Assembly (NCBI GenBank): GCA_964235615.1
Contig: CAXSEE010000001.1
Location: forward strand, 200 to 64,199
Length of the DNA stretch: 64,000 bases
Direction of reading: 5' to 3'
DNA from: an uncultured Acetobacteraceae bacterium
Lineage (GTDB): Bacteria > Pseudomonadota > Alphaproteobacteria > Acetobacterales > Acetobacteraceae
Shown here piece by piece: positions 29,705-40,382 of this stretch. The notes beneath the pieces were generated by a model that worked only from the letters and a program-made list of their open reading frames with translations, was not told where the DNA came from and searched no databases. How positions within the stretch are numbered: position 1 is the first letter of the stretch; each line of letters begins with the position of its first letter. The position numbers and the translations under genes were made by a program.

Positions 29705-31728
29705 AGGCGCAGGGCGTCGTAGATCGCGGCGTGGATGTTGCGGCCCGCCACCGCGTCGCCGATCCGGTAGAGTGCATACCCGTCATGGCCGTCCGCCGGC
29801 TGTGGCGCGCCCGCGAGCAACGCAGGCAGGTCGGTCACGCCCCTGTTCGCCGACCCAGCCTTGAGCGTGAAGAATAGTTGGTCCACCGGTGTCGTGCCGA
29901 GATCGGCGACGACATGATCGACGACACGTTCCTCTTCCGCCTCGCTCATGGTGTTGCGCAGCACGGCCACCAATCGGTTGCCTTCCGGATAGATCTCGAT
30001 CAGTTCCAGATTGGGCGAGAGCATGACGCCGAGCTTGTACAGCTCACGCAGATGCACCGGCTGGTTGGTGGTGCCGACCTCCTGGGCCACCAGCCGGTCA
30101 TGCGTCGCGAGTTCGACCACGCACCCCGAACGCGCCAGCTGCTCCGCCACCGAGGCGCCGTTATGCTGGCCCAGCTCGTCATAGAACAGCACCGTGCCGG
30201 ACAGGCTTCGGGCGCCGGTCAGTATGTCCCAGCTCGGGATCATGTGTGCGGCGCCTGGCAATTCGCCCGCGGCGGGCAGGCCGCCGGTGGCAATGATCAC
30301 GACATCCGGTTGTACGGCCCGCACCGCCGCGGCATCGGCTTCGGTGTTCAGCCGGACATCGACACCGAGCCGATGCAGTTGCCCCGACAGCCAGCGCGGG
30401 ATGCCTGACAGCGCCTCGCGCCAGCCGGCTTTGGAGGCGATGTTGATCTGGCCGCCCAGGGTGCCGCCCCGCTCGAACAACGTCACCGCATGACCCCGCT
30501 CGGCGCAGACGCGCGCGGCTTCCATCCCGGCCGGACCGCCGCCCACGACCACGACCCGGCGGGATGTCGCCGCGCGCGCGATGGCATGCGGCATCGTCGC
30601 CTCGCGCCCGGTGGCGGCGTTCTGGATGCACAGCGCGTCGCCCCCGGCATAGATGCGGTCGATGCAGTATCCGGCTCCCACGCATTGCCGGATCTCGTCC
30701 TCGCGCCCCTCCGTGAGCTTGTTGACCAGATGCGGATCGGCGATATGCGCGCGTGTCATCGCCACCATGTCGACATGCCCTTCGGCCACGGCGCGCGCCG
30801 CGGTGGCGAGATCGGTCACGCGCTGGGCATGGAACACCGCGATATCGATCTCCCGCTTCATCCCGCTGGCGAGATGCAGGAAAGGTGCGACAGGGAAGGC
30901 CATGTTGGGAAGGCTGACCGCGTGCGACAGATCGTCGCGTGCCTGGCCGCCCATGACGTTGACGAAATCGATCAGTCCGCGCCGTGCATATTCCGATGCG
31001 ATGGCGACGCAGTCGTCCTGGGTGAGGCCGTGGCGGAGCAACTCGTCGCCGGACATGCGCATGCCGATCACGTAATCGTCGCCGACTTCGGCGCGCATCG
31101 CCTCCAGCACCTCAATGCCGAAGCGCATCCGGTTCGCAAGGGAGCCGCCATAGCGGTCGGTGCGCCGGTTGACCGACGGGCTCCAGAACTGGTCGATCAG
31201 GTGGCCGTGCGCCGCAGAGATCTCGGCGCCGTCCAGCCCGCCGTCGCGGCAGCGCCTTATAGCGGCGGCGAAGTCGCGCACGACGCGGTCGATATCCTCC
31301 TGCTCCATCTCCTTGGGGATGGATCGGCTGGCGGGCTCGCGACGCACCGACGCGGACAGGGTCGGCAGCCATCCATCGGTGTCCCAACGGGTGCGCCGGC
31401 CCATATGCGTGAGCTGGATCATCAGGCGCGCGCCGTGGCGGTGGATGCGCTCCGAAAAGGAGCGCAGGAACGGCACGACGCTGTCGTCGCATACAGAAAT
31501 CTGGTTCCAGGGTGTCGCCGGACTATCGAGCGACACCGAGGACGAGCCGCCGAACATGGTCAGGCCGATGCCGCCGCGCGCCTTTTCCTCGTGATAGAGC
31601 TGGTAGCGTTCCTGCGGCTTGCCGTCCTGGCCGTAGCCGGGCGCGTGGCTGGTGCTCATCACACGGTTGCGTATGACAAGGGATTTGATGCGCAACGGCC
31701 TGAGCAGGGCTTCAGAATTGGCGATCAT
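29689..31728 (-). CDS. dgcA: Dimethylglycine demethylation flavin oxidoreductase (old yellow enzyme + FAD/Fe-S)
   Basis: RNRVMSTSHAP, HGHLIDQFWSP, CVGAGYCIDR..C, GGGPAG. Confidence 0.88.
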   Translation of the reverse strand: MIANSEALLRPLRIKSLVIRNRVMSTSHAPGYGQDGKPQERYQLYHEEKARGGIGLTMFGGSSSVSLDSPATPWNQISVCDDSVVPFLRSFSERIHRHGARLMIQLTHMGRRTRWDTDGWLPTLSASVRREPASRSIPKEMEQEDIDRVVRDFAAAIRRCRDGGLDGAEISAAHGHLIDQFWSPSVNRRTDRYGGSLANRMRFGIEVLEAMRAEVGDDYVIGMRMSGDELLRHGLTQDDCVAIASEYARRGLIDFVNVMGGQARDDLSHAVSLPNMAFPVAPFLHLASGMKREIDIAVFHAQRVTDLATAARAVAEGHVDMVAMTRAHIADPHLVNKLTEGREDEIRQCVGAGYCIDRIYAGGDALCIQNAATGREATMPHAIARAATSRRVVVVGGGPAGMEAARVCAERGHAVTLFERGGTLGGQINIASKAGWREALSGIPRWLSGQLHRLGVDVRLNTEADAAAVRAVQPDVVIIATGGLPAAGELPGAAHMIPSWDILTGARSLSGTVLFYDELGQHNGASVAEQLARSGCVVELATHDRLVAQEVGTTNQPVHLRELYKLGVMLSPNLELIEIYPEGNRLVAVLRNTMSEAEEERVVDHVVADLGTTPVDQLFFTLKAGSANRGVTDLPALLAGAPQPADGHDGYALYRIGDAVAGRNIHAAIYDALRLCKDL

Positions 31729-31732
31729 GGCG

Positions 31733-32797
31733 TCAGCGCTCGATCACGACGTCGCTGGTCGGACGCGAGCAGCAGATCAGGATCATGCCGGCGTCGATCT
31801 CGCGCTGGCGGATGCCGCCGGCATGTTCCATGACCACCGTGCCGGAAACAAGACGGCTCTTGCAGGTCCCGCACATGCCCCTGGCGCAGGAGGACGGCAG
31901 TCGCAGGCCGGCGGCGCGCGCAGCCTCCAGGATGGTCAGGCCGGGACCGCAGGCGACGCTGCGTCGCGTCCTGGTGAACTCGGCCTGGTGGGTGACCGCT
32001 TCGGTCAGCGCCTCCAGTTCCGCCGGCACTTCGGGCTGCTCGCCGGCGAGGGCATCGAAATCGAAGCTCTCCTGATGGTGGCGGGTCATATCGAAACCTG
32101 CCGCGCCAAGCATCTCGCGCACTGCCGCCATGTAGGGCGCCGGACCGCAGACATGCACCTCGCGTTCCAGCAGGTCCGGCGCAATCATGGACAGCAGCGC
32201 CGGACCCAGGCGGCCACGATAGCCGCCCCAGACCTCGACCGCGGAGTCCCCCGTGCAGATCGCAACGCCGCGAAAGCCGTGGCGGTGGGCCGTCAGCAGA
32301 TCCAGCTCCTCGCGGAAGATGATATTGGCCGGGCTGCGCGCGCTATGCACGAACAGGATGTCGGCGCCACTGGCCCGGTCGTCATGCGCGCGCGCCATCG
32401 ACATCAACGGCGTGATCCCACTTCCCGCCGACAGGAACAGCAGTTTTTCCGATGTGCGGCCATCGTGGGTGAACTCGCCCAGCGGCCCGATCGCGTTCAC
32501 CGTCATGCCCGGCCGAAGCGTGTCGTGCAGCCAGTTCGACACCGGACCGCCTGGCTTCCGCTTGACCGTGATCGACACGGGATGCGGGCGCGTCGGCGGC
32601 GAGGAAATCGTGTAGCAGCGGCTGACCGGCGTGCCATCCAGCAGGAAGGTGAAGGTCAGGAACTGGCCAGGAAGAAACACGAACAGGCAGGGCGTTGCCG
32701 CCTCGAACACGAAGGTCTTGACGTCATGGGTTTCGTGGCGAGCCTGCCGGCAGACCAGCACATCGTCGGCTTCGGGGTTCCAATACGGTAGCATCAT
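31733..32797 (-). CDS. gbcB: Rieske oxygenase reductase (FNR + [2Fe-2S])
   Basis: RCYTISS, AGSGITP, CGPAPYM, CARGMCGTC...C. Confidence 0.88.
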   Translation of the reverse strand: MMLPYWNPEADDVLVCRQARHETHDVKTFVFEAATPCLFVFLPGQFLTFTFLLDGTPVSRCYTISSPPTRPHPVSITVKRKPGGPVSNWLHDTLRPGMTVNAIGPLGEFTHDGRTSEKLLFLSAGSGITPLMSMARAHDDRASGADILFVHSARSPANIIFREELDLLTAHRHGFRGVAICTGDSAVEVWGGYRGRLGPALLSMIAPDLLEREVHVCGPAPYMAAVREMLGAAGFDMTRHHQESFDFDALAGEQPEVPAELEALTEAVTHQAEFTRTRRSVACGPGLTILEAARAAGLRLPSSCARGMCGTCKSRLVSGTVVMEHAGGIRQREIDAGMILICCSRPTSDVVIER

Positions 32798-34053
32798 GCA
32801 GCGATGTGGGCAGAGAGCCGGCCCAGGTACCAGAGCATGAATTTCTCGACCATGCCCTCGGTGAATACCGAGTAGGGGCCAGGCTCGTAGGATGGGTTGG
32901 CAACTCCCTGCTGCGCCCGCTCGACCAGCGCGGCATCCTGCGCGTTGGTGGCGTTCCAGACCGCGGTGAGGTTGTCGAGGTCGTAATCGACACCTTCGAC
33001 CGCCTCCTTATGCACCAGCCATTTTGTGCGTACCAGCGTATGGCCGGCATCGAGCGGCAACACGCAGAACGTCACCACGTGGTCGCTCATGAAATGATGC
33101 CACGAGTTGGGCTGGGTCCACATCGACAGCCCGCCCAGGCGCGGATCGGTCAGCCTGCCCAATAATTTACGCGAGGCGACGCGCGTATCCAGGGTCTGGC
33201 TCTCCCCGGCCTGGTCGATCGGCAGGCGCTGGGTGCGGAAGCCGGTGATGCAGTCGGCAAGATGTTCGAGTTCGGCGCCAGGGATGCCGGCTGCTTCCCA
33301 GCGCTCGCAGCTCTCCGCGACGAGCCGGTCATAGCGGCGCGCATCCTCCTGCGCCGCGGCATCGGTCTCGTCGGGGGCAAAACCGAAGCCGTTGGCGAAT
33401 AGCGGAATGGTCAGTTCGGGATGGTTGGCGGCGCAGTGGTAGCACTCGCGGTTATTCTCCAGCGTGAGCTTCCAGTTGCAGGCTTCCACCAGATCGACCT
33501 GATGGGCAACCTTGCAGTTGGCGACGTCATGCGGCGCGAGATAGGGGGCGAGGGCGGCGGCCATGTCGTCGATGTCCGCCGGCGGATGTTCGGCCAGGCA
33601 GATGAACAGCAAGCCGCCGATCGAGCGCAACGCCACCGGCTTGAGGCCATGGCAGCTCTTGTCGAAATCCGGCCCCATATGGTCCGCGAACAGCAGCCTG
33701 CCGTCCAGGCCGTAGGTCCAGGAGTGATAGGGGCAGACGAGGTTGCCGACCACCGCCTTGGGCTCCTGCACCAGCCGCGCGCCACGGTGGCGGCAGACAT
33801 TGTGGAAGGCCCGTATGGCCATGTCGTCATCCCGCACGATGACCACGGACCAGGGACCGACATCGACGGTCATTGCGTCGCCGGGCTCGGCGAGGTCGGG
33901 CTCGACGCCTACGCAGAGCCAGTGCCGGCCGAAGATCATCGCCATGTCGGTCGCGAACAGTCCGGGATCGGTATAGAAGGGCGCCTCCAGGCTGTGGCCC
34001 GGCTTGCGCCCGCGCATCAGCTCCAGGATACGCGCATCGGCATCATCAGGCAT
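32794..34053 (-). CDS. gbcA: Glycine betaine monooxygenase (demethylase), Rieske alpha subunit
   Basis: CRH...CPYH, ENNRECYHC..NHPEL, QPNSWHHFMSDH; ATG 34053 with GGAAAGGAG RBS; between sox and dgc genes. Confidence 0.85.
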   Translation of the reverse strand: MPDDADARILELMRGRKPGHSLEAPFYTDPGLFATDMAMIFGRHWLCVGVEPDLAEPGDAMTVDVGPWSVVIVRDDDMAIRAFHNVCRHRGARLVQEPKAVVGNLVCPYHSWTYGLDGRLLFADHMGPDFDKSCHGLKPVALRSIGGLLFICLAEHPPADIDDMAAALAPYLAPHDVANCKVAHQVDLVEACNWKLTLENNRECYHCAANHPELTIPLFANGFGFAPDETDAAAQEDARRYDRLVAESCERWEAAGIPGAELEHLADCITGFRTQRLPIDQAGESQTLDTRVASRKLLGRLTDPRLGGLSMWTQPNSWHHFMSDHVVTFCVLPLDAGHTLVRTKWLVHKEAVEGVDYDLDNLTAVWNATNAQDAALVERAQQGVANPSYEPGPYSVFTEGMVEKFMLWYLGRLSAHIAA

Positions 34054-34093
34054 CCGGCTGCTCCTTTCCGCGATCCATGATGGCGGATACAGG

Positions 34094-34112
34094 ATGGACC
34101 ATCTCTGTCCAT
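34094..34112. promoter_or_regulatory. Inverted repeat ATGGAC-N7-GTCCAT upstream of gbcA, candidate operator
   Basis: Perfect 6-bp arms 41-59 nt upstream of the gbcA ATG, overlapping a TGTCG element on the minus strand. Confidence 0.35.
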
Positions 34113-34154
34113 GCGACAAATTCTTCCGCAGATGCGTCAGGCCGTTGCGTCCGC

Positions 34155-34688
34155 TCAGGCAAGCGCCCCTCGTGCGGCCAGCCGCAGATACGTCTCGAAA
34201 TAGGGTGCGAAGGAGCGCCAGACCTCGACACGGAAGCGTTGCCCGGACAGACGCCAGAGCGTGATCTCCGCCTTGCCGAAAAGCGTGCGTGTGCACATGC
34301 CGACGGGAAAGGACTGGACCGCGAGATCCAGCGCGCAGCCGACATTGAGCACGGTCTCGATATGCAGGCCCGATACGTCGAAGCCGATCTGGCGGTCGCT
34401 GACCTCGACCAGGCTGTGCGGATGCCCGGCCATGGCGGACTCCAGCATCTCCGCGAGCGTGTCGGCTTCGCCTGCGGGCGCCAGCAGGAGATATTCCTCC
34501 GGTCCGAGCCGGAGCAGGTCCCGTCCCGCGTTCTGCCGGACGCGCAGGGCCGGCGGCTGTTCGATGCCCAGAGCCCCTCGCGCGGCGGCGAAAGCCGGCT
34601 CCCGGCCGCACAGCACGAAGCGCGCTGCATCCGCGGCCGGATGGCAGCTGAAGCCGGTCGGGCGGCCGGCGCGGGGATCGTCAGCCAT
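34155..34688 (-). CDS. soxG: Heterotetrameric sarcosine oxidase gamma subunit
   Basis: LGPEEYL, EVSDRQIG, GCALDL...FPVGMCTRT, VEVWRSFAPY. Confidence 0.9.
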   Translation of the reverse strand: MADDPRAGRPTGFSCHPAADAARFVLCGREPAFAAARGALGIEQPPALRVRQNAGRDLLRLGPEEYLLLAPAGEADTLAEMLESAMAGHPHSLVEVSDRQIGFDVSGLHIETVLNVGCALDLAVQSFPVGMCTRTLFGKAEITLWRLSGQRFRVEVWRSFAPYFETYLRLAARGALA

Positions 34689-37671
34689 CGAGGCGCACGC
34701 CTTCCGGATCATAGAACACGGGGTTGGTGACTTCGACTTCGATCAGCCCGCCCTCCATCGGCACGGACAGGCGTTCGCCGTGGCGCGCACGCCCGCCGGA
34801 CAGCATGGCCAACGCGATCGGCCGGCCGAGGGCGGCGCTGGCATAGGACGAGGTGACATGGCCAAGCGCCCGGGCTGCATCGTCGCCGATGATCTGGGCG
34901 CCTTCCTCCAGCTCGGTCCGGTCGATCGTCAGCAGCCCGACGAGCTGCTTGCGGCCGGGTGCGAGCATCGCCGGGCGGGTGAGTGAGCGCTTGCCGACGA
35001 AATCGCGCTTGAGCTTGCCGACTGCCCAGCCGCACCCGGCATCGTCGGGCGTGGCGGTGCCGTCGGTCTCCTGGCCGACGATGATGTAGCCCTTCTCCGC
35101 GCGCAGCACGTGCATGGCCTCGGTGCCGTAGGCGGTGATGCCATGCGACTGGCCAGCCTGCCAGATCCGCTCCCAGACCGCCTGGCCATGCCGGGCCGGG
35201 ACATTGACCTCGAAGCCGAGCTCGCCGGTGAAGCTGACGCGGAACAGCCGCGTGCGTATGCCGCCGATGCTGCCCGCCCGCAGGGCCATGTGCGGCAGCG
35301 ACGCGGCTGAGATGTCCATCCCGTCGACCAGGGGGGCAAGGATCTCGCGGGATTTGGGTCCCTGCACGGCGATCACCGCCCATTCCTCTGTGGTCGAGGT
35401 CAGCCAGACATCCAGCTCCGGCCATTCGGTCTGGCGGTAATCCTCCATCTGCGCCAGCACGCGCGCCGCACCACCGGTCGTGGTGGTGACGTGGAACCGG
35501 TCCTCGGCAATCCTCCCGACGACACCGTCATCCATCACGAACCCGTCCTCCCGGCACAGCAGGCCATAGCGGCACTTGCCCACGCCGAGCTTGGCCCAGC
35601 CATTGACATACATGCGGTTCATGAACTCGGCCGCATCCGAGCCGACCACCTCGATCTTGCCCAGGGTCGAGCCATCGAAGATGCCGGCATGGCTGCGTAC
35701 GGCGATGCATTCGCGTCTCACCGCCTGATGCATGTCTTCTCCAGCCCGGGGGAAATAGCGCGCCCGCTTCCACAGCGAGACATCCTCGAACACCGCCCCC
35801 TGCGCCTGCGCCCAGCCATCGATCGGGGTGCGGCGCACCGGCTCGAACAGCTCGCCACGGGCCATGCCGGCGAACACGCCGAAGGTCGTGGGCGTGTAGG
35901 GCATGCGGAAGGTGGTGAGCCCGATCTCCGGGATGGTCCGCTCGAGGGACTTCGAGACGATGCCGAGCACGTTCATGTTCGACGTCTTGCCCTGGTCGGT
36001 GGCCATCCCGGTCGTGGTGTAGCGCTTGATATGCTCGATGGACTGGAAGCCCTCGCGGATCGCGAGCGTGATGTCCTTGGCGGTGACGTCGTTCTGGAAA
36101 TCGACGAAGGCGCGGGCGCGCCGTCCGGCACCGCGACGCGGCAGGGCGCCGACGAAGCTGCTGTGGTCGGCTGCATCGGCGGCCTCGACCTGCCAGGACG
36201 ACGCCTCTGCCGGAAAGCCCGCGCGTCTGGCGGCGTCGGCGCCCGCCTCGCTGCCGTCCGCCAGCACATCCGGCAGGCCCGACACGCCACGGCAGGCACC
36301 GGCAGAGCGCTCCCGCTCGACTGACACGTCCGGCAGATAGGCCTGGCGCGCGTTGTCGAAGCGCATGCGGCCGGATGATTGCGAGAACAGATGCACAGAC
36401 GGGCTGAAGCCGCCGGACATCAGCAGCAGGTCGCAACCCACCCACTGTCCGGCTCCGACCTGGCCGGCCGCATCGACCGGCGCCAGCCGCACGCCGTGCA
36501 CATGACGCTTGCCATAGGCACGCTGAACGGTCGTTCCAGGCAGCACCGTGATGCCGGCCGCGCGCGCCTCCGCGGCCAATGCCGAGTTTGGCGCCTCGTC
36601 TGAAGCCTGGCGCAAATCGGCGATGGTGCCGACCTGCACGCCCGCCGCCTTGAGATCGAGCGCCACGCGATAGGCGCCGTCATGCGCGGTCGCGATGACC
36701 GCGCGCCGCCCCGGGATCACGCCGTAGCGATTGAGGAAGGTCCGGGCCGCACCAGCAAGCATCACGCCCGGCAGGTCGTTCTGCTCGAACACCAGCGGGC
36801 GCTCGATGGCGCCAGTGGCGAGCACCACCTCCACGGCACGCACCTGCCAGAGCCGTTCGCGCGGCTGCTCCGCGAGGGGTTCGGCCAGATGGTCGGTGAT
36901 CCGCTGCGCGAGACCCAGCATGTTGTGCGGGCCGTACGAAAAACCGGTGGTGCGCGGCAGCAGGGTCACGCCTGCCAGGCCGGCAAGCTCGTGCAGTATT
37001 CCGTCGAGCCAATCCTGCCCGCGCATCCCGTCGATCCGCGCATGCCGATCGGACAACAGGCTGCCGCCGAACTCGCAGCTCTCGTCGCAGAGCATGACCC
37101 GCGCACCGCTGCGTGCCGCCGTGAGCGCGGCGGCCAGGCCCGCGGGTCCGCCGCCGATCACCAGCACGTCGCAATGGGCGTAGCGGTTCTGGTAGTGATC
37201 CGCATCGGCCTGCGTCGGCGCGTGGCCCAGCCCGGCGGCATGGCGTATCAGCGGCTCGTAGACGCGGCGCCAGAACGAACGCGGCCACATGAAGGTCTTG
37301 TAGTAGAACCCCGCCGGCAGCAATGGTGCCAAGACATCGCCGGCGCGGCCGACATCGAAGTGCCGCGAGGGCCAGCAATTCTGGCTGGTGGCCGTCAGCC
37401 CGTCATACAGGGTGACCTCGGTCGCGCGCAGGTTCGGGGTGAAGCGGGCCTCCGCGCCCACGCCCACCAGCGCGTTCGGCTCGTCCGACCCCGACGCCAG
37501 CAGCCCGCGCGGACGGTGATACTTGAAGGATCGACCCAACAGATGGACATCGTTGGCGAGCAAAGCCGACGCCAGGGTGTCGCCGGCGAACCCCATGTAG
37601 CCGCGCCCGTCGAAAGTGAAACGCAGCGGACGCGCCCGGTCGATCCGGCCACCGCGCGACGCGCGACTCAT
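34681..37671 (-). CDS. soxA: Heterotetrameric sarcosine oxidase alpha subunit
   Basis: GDTLASALLAN, RSFKYHRPRG, KRYTTTGMATDQGKTSN, GcvT-like C-terminal half. Confidence 0.95.
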   Translation of the reverse strand: MSRASRGGRIDRARPLRFTFDGRGYMGFAGDTLASALLANDVHLLGRSFKYHRPRGLLASGSDEPNALVGVGAEARFTPNLRATEVTLYDGLTATSQNCWPSRHFDVGRAGDVLAPLLPAGFYYKTFMWPRSFWRRVYEPLIRHAAGLGHAPTQADADHYQNRYAHCDVLVIGGGPAGLAAALTAARSGARVMLCDESCEFGGSLLSDRHARIDGMRGQDWLDGILHELAGLAGVTLLPRTTGFSYGPHNMLGLAQRITDHLAEPLAEQPRERLWQVRAVEVVLATGAIERPLVFEQNDLPGVMLAGAARTFLNRYGVIPGRRAVIATAHDGAYRVALDLKAAGVQVGTIADLRQASDEAPNSALAAEARAAGITVLPGTTVQRAYGKRHVHGVRLAPVDAAGQVGAGQWVGCDLLLMSGGFSPSVHLFSQSSGRMRFDNARQAYLPDVSVERERSAGACRGVSGLPDVLADGSEAGADAARRAGFPAEASSWQVEAADAADHSSFVGALPRRGAGRRARAFVDFQNDVTAKDITLAIREGFQSIEHIKRYTTTGMATDQGKTSNMNVLGIVSKSLERTIPEIGLTTFRMPYTPTTFGVFAGMARGELFEPVRRTPIDGWAQAQGAVFEDVSLWKRARYFPRAGEDMHQAVRRECIAVRSHAGIFDGSTLGKIEVVGSDAAEFMNRMYVNGWAKLGVGKCRYGLLCREDGFVMDDGVVGRIAEDRFHVTTTTGGAARVLAQMEDYRQTEWPELDVWLTSTTEEWAVIAVQGPKSREILAPLVDGMDISAASLPHMALRAGSIGGIRTRLFRVSFTGELGFEVNVPARHGQAVWERIWQAGQSHGITAYGTEAMHVLRAEKGYIIVGQETDGTATPDDAGCGWAVGKLKRDFVGKRSLTRPAMLAPGRKQLVGLLTIDRTELEEGAQIIGDDAARALGHVTSSYASAALGRPIALAMLSGGRARHGERLSVPMEGGLIEVEVTNPVFYDPEGVRLDG

Positions 37672-37952
37672 GGGAGTTCTCCGGCGGGTCGCGGCGTGCC
37701 GGTTCGGTAGACGGCGTGGATGCGATCGTTCCTGGTGTCACGCAGCATATTGAAGAATTGTCCGCATCCGTGCGCATGCCGCCAGCGCTCCGCATGCAGG
37801 CCTTTCGGACTGCTCCGCATGTACAGGAAGTCAGACCATTCCTGATCCGTCAGCGCGGACGCATCGGCCGGCCGGGCGACATGCGCCTCGCCGCCATAGG
37901 CGAACTCGATCTCCGGCCTCGCGCCGCAGAAGGGGCATTCGATCAGCAACAT
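37668..37952 (-). CDS. soxD: Heterotetrameric sarcosine oxidase delta subunit
   Basis: CPFCGAR.E.EF.YGG, ERWRHAHGC. Confidence 0.93.
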   Translation of the reverse strand: MLLIECPFCGARPEIEFAYGGEAHVARPADASALTDQEWSDFLYMRSSPKGLHAERWRHAHGCGQFFNMLRDTRNDRIHAVYRTGTPRPAGELP

Positions 37953-37962
37953 GGGCGCGGTC

Positions 37963-39216
37963 TCAATGTGCCACGGCGGCGGCGGCGGCTTCGTCGATCA
38001 GCGCGCCATCTCGAAAACGCTCGATAGTGAAGGCGGCGTTGATGGAATGGGGCTCGTCTTGCGCGATCGTGTAGGCGAACAGATGCGCCGCCCCCGGGGT
38101 CGCCTTGAAGCCGCCGGTGCCCCATCCGCAATTGACATAGAGCCCCGGCACGGCGGTCTTCGCGGTGATCGGCGAGCGGTCCGGTGTCGTGTCGACGATG
38201 CCGCCCCAGTTGCGCAGCATGCGCAGGCGCCGGAACATCGGGAACAGCTCGCAGATCGCCTCCAGCGTGTGGCTCGGCACATGCAGGCCGCCGCGCTGGG
38301 TGTAGGAGATGTAGGCGTCGGTGCCCGCCCCGATCACCAGCTCGCCCTTGTCCGACTGGCTGATATAGGCATGGATCGTGTTGGACATGACGATGCACGG
38401 AAACACCGGCTTCACCGGCTCGGATACGAGGGCCTGCAACGGGAAACTCTCCAGCGGCAGCCGCACCCCCGCCATGCCGAGCACGACGCTGCTATGCCCC
38501 GCCGCGGACACGCCGATCTTGCGCGCGGCGATGGCGCCGCGCGTGGTCTCCACCCCGGTCACGCCGCCCTGCGGACTGCGCCGGATGGCGGTCACCTCGC
38601 AATTCTCGATGATGTCGACGCCCATGGCGCTTGCGGCACGGGCATAGCCCCAGGCCACCGCGTCGTGCCGCGCCGTGCCCGCCCGACGCTGCAGCGAGGC
38701 GCCCAGGATCGGGTAGCGCATGTTGGCGGCGATGTTCAGCGGCGGGCAGAACGCGCGCGCCTGCTCCGGGCTGAGCCACTCGTTGTCGATCCCGTCGAGC
38801 CGGTTGGCGTGGACATGCCGCTTGAACACCTGCACGTCATGCACCGTATGGGCCAGCATCATGCAGCCGCGCGGGCTGAACATGACGTTATAGTTCAACT
38901 CCTGCGAGAGGTTTTCCCAGAGCTTGAGCGAATGATCGTAATAGGCGGCACTTTCGCTGAACAGATAGTTGGAGCGGATGATGGTGGTGTTGCGGCCGGT
39001 GTTGCCGCCGCCGATCCAGCCCTTCTCCAGCACGGCGATGCGGCGGATACCATGCTCGCGGGCGAGATAATAAGCCGCCCCCAGGCCATGGCCGCCGCCG
39101 CCGATGATGATGACGTCATAGGCCGGTTTCGGCGCCGGGGACCGCCATTGCCGCTCCCAGCCGAGATGGCTGCCGGCGGCCTGGCGAAGCAGCGAGAACG
39201 CGGAGAATTTCTGCAT
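37963..39216 (-). CDS. soxB: Heterotetrameric sarcosine oxidase beta subunit
   Basis: [40 protein letters not shown]. Confidence 0.95.
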   Translation of the reverse strand: MQKFSAFSLLRQAAGSHLGWERQWRSPAPKPAYDVIIIGGGGHGLGAAYYLAREHGIRRIAVLEKGWIGGGNTGRNTTIIRSNYLFSESAAYYDHSLKLWENLSQELNYNVMFSPRGCMMLAHTVHDVQVFKRHVHANRLDGIDNEWLSPEQARAFCPPLNIAANMRYPILGASLQRRAGTARHDAVAWGYARAASAMGVDIIENCEVTAIRRSPQGGVTGVETTRGAIAARKIGVSAAGHSSVVLGMAGVRLPLESFPLQALVSEPVKPVFPCIVMSNTIHAYISQSDKGELVIGAGTDAYISYTQRGGLHVPSHTLEAICELFPMFRRLRMLRNWGGIVDTTPDRSPITAKTAVPGLYVNCGWGTGGFKATPGAAHLFAYTIAQDEPHSINAAFTIERFRDGALIDEAAAAAVAH

Positions 39217-39410
39217 CGTCGTATGTCGCTCGCAAGCCCGGTCGCATCATGCGCCAGCCGGCCCTCCTATACGTGTCGGCAAAGGACATGCCTATTGAAC
39301 ATTTACGACATTTTGCACCCCTGCATATTGCCCTTGCAGGTTAGGGCGAATTCTGTCGGATATGACGGTGCCGGACAGTATATTGGATCAATTCTGTAAA
39401 GGGAGGCGAG

Positions 39411-40376
39411 ATGCGGGCGTTCGCTGTCGTCATCGCCCGTGCTGCCGTAATCGCATGGACGATCGCATTATCGGCAGCGTCTCCGGTTGCGGCGGCGCCT
39501 GCCGATCCGGCATCCTGCCAGTCGGTCCGTCTGTCCGACATCGGCTGGACGGATGTCACCGCCACCACCGCGGTTACCGCCCATCTACTGACGTGGCTCG
39601 GATACAAGCCGCAGATACGCCTGCTCTCGCTCCCCGTCACCTATCTGTCGATGAAGGCCGGTGGCGTCGATGCATTTCTCGGCGACTGGGAGCCATCCGG
39701 TGCACCGGTCATCAAGCCATTCCTCGAGGCGGGAGGCGTCCAGCGGATTTCCACGAACCTGACTGATGCCAGATACACGCTCGCCGTGCCGGACTATACC
39801 TTCGATGCCGGCCTGCAGAGTTTCGGCGACATCGCTCGTTTCGCATCCGCGCTGCATAGCAAGATCTACGGGATCGAACCCGGCAATGACGGAAATTCAC
39901 TCATCCTCCGCATGCTCAAAACCAACGAGTTCGGGCTAGGCCATTTCACCCTGGTTGAGAGCAGCGAACAGGGCATGCTCAGCCAGTTCGCGCGGGAGAT
40001 CGCGCGCAAGCGGGCGATCCTGATCCTTGGCTGGGCGCCGCATCCCATGAACCTGCATTTCCAGCTCCGCTATCTTTCCGGAGGCGATACGGTATTCGGT
40101 CCCAACTTCGGCGGCGCCACCGTCAACACCATCATCCGGCCGCATTATGCCACCGACTGCCCGAATGTCGCGCGCCTGCTGGGACAGTTGCGTTTCAGCG
40201 TGCCCGAGGAGAGTGCGATGATGGCCGCCATTCTCGATGCGCACGAAACACCCGACCAGATGGCGGGAGACTGGCTCGCGGCCCATCCGGACCAGCTCCG
40301 CGGTTGGCTCGACGGCGTCAACACCGTGGGCGGACAGCCCGCCATGACGGCGATCCATACGGCATCGAGGGACTAA
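39411..40376 (+). CDS. choX: Choline/glycine betaine ABC binding protein
   Basis: CQSVRLSDIGWTD..ATT, IYGIEPGNDGN, LGWAPHPMN; signal peptide. Confidence 0.88.
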   Translation: MRAFAVVIARAAVIAWTIALSAASPVAAAPADPASCQSVRLSDIGWTDVTATTAVTAHLLTWLGYKPQIRLLSLPVTYLSMKAGGVDAFLGDWEPSGAPVIKPFLEAGGVQRISTNLTDARYTLAVPDYTFDAGLQSFGDIARFASALHSKIYGIEPGNDGNSLILRMLKTNEFGLGHFTLVESSEQGMLSQFAREIARKRAILILGWAPHPMNLHFQLRYLSGGDTVFGPNFGGATVNTIIRPHYATDCPNVARLLGQLRFSVPEESAMMAAILDAHETPDQMAGDWLAAHPDQLRGWLDGVNTVGGQPAMTAIHTASRD

Positions 40377-40382
40377 GGGAAG

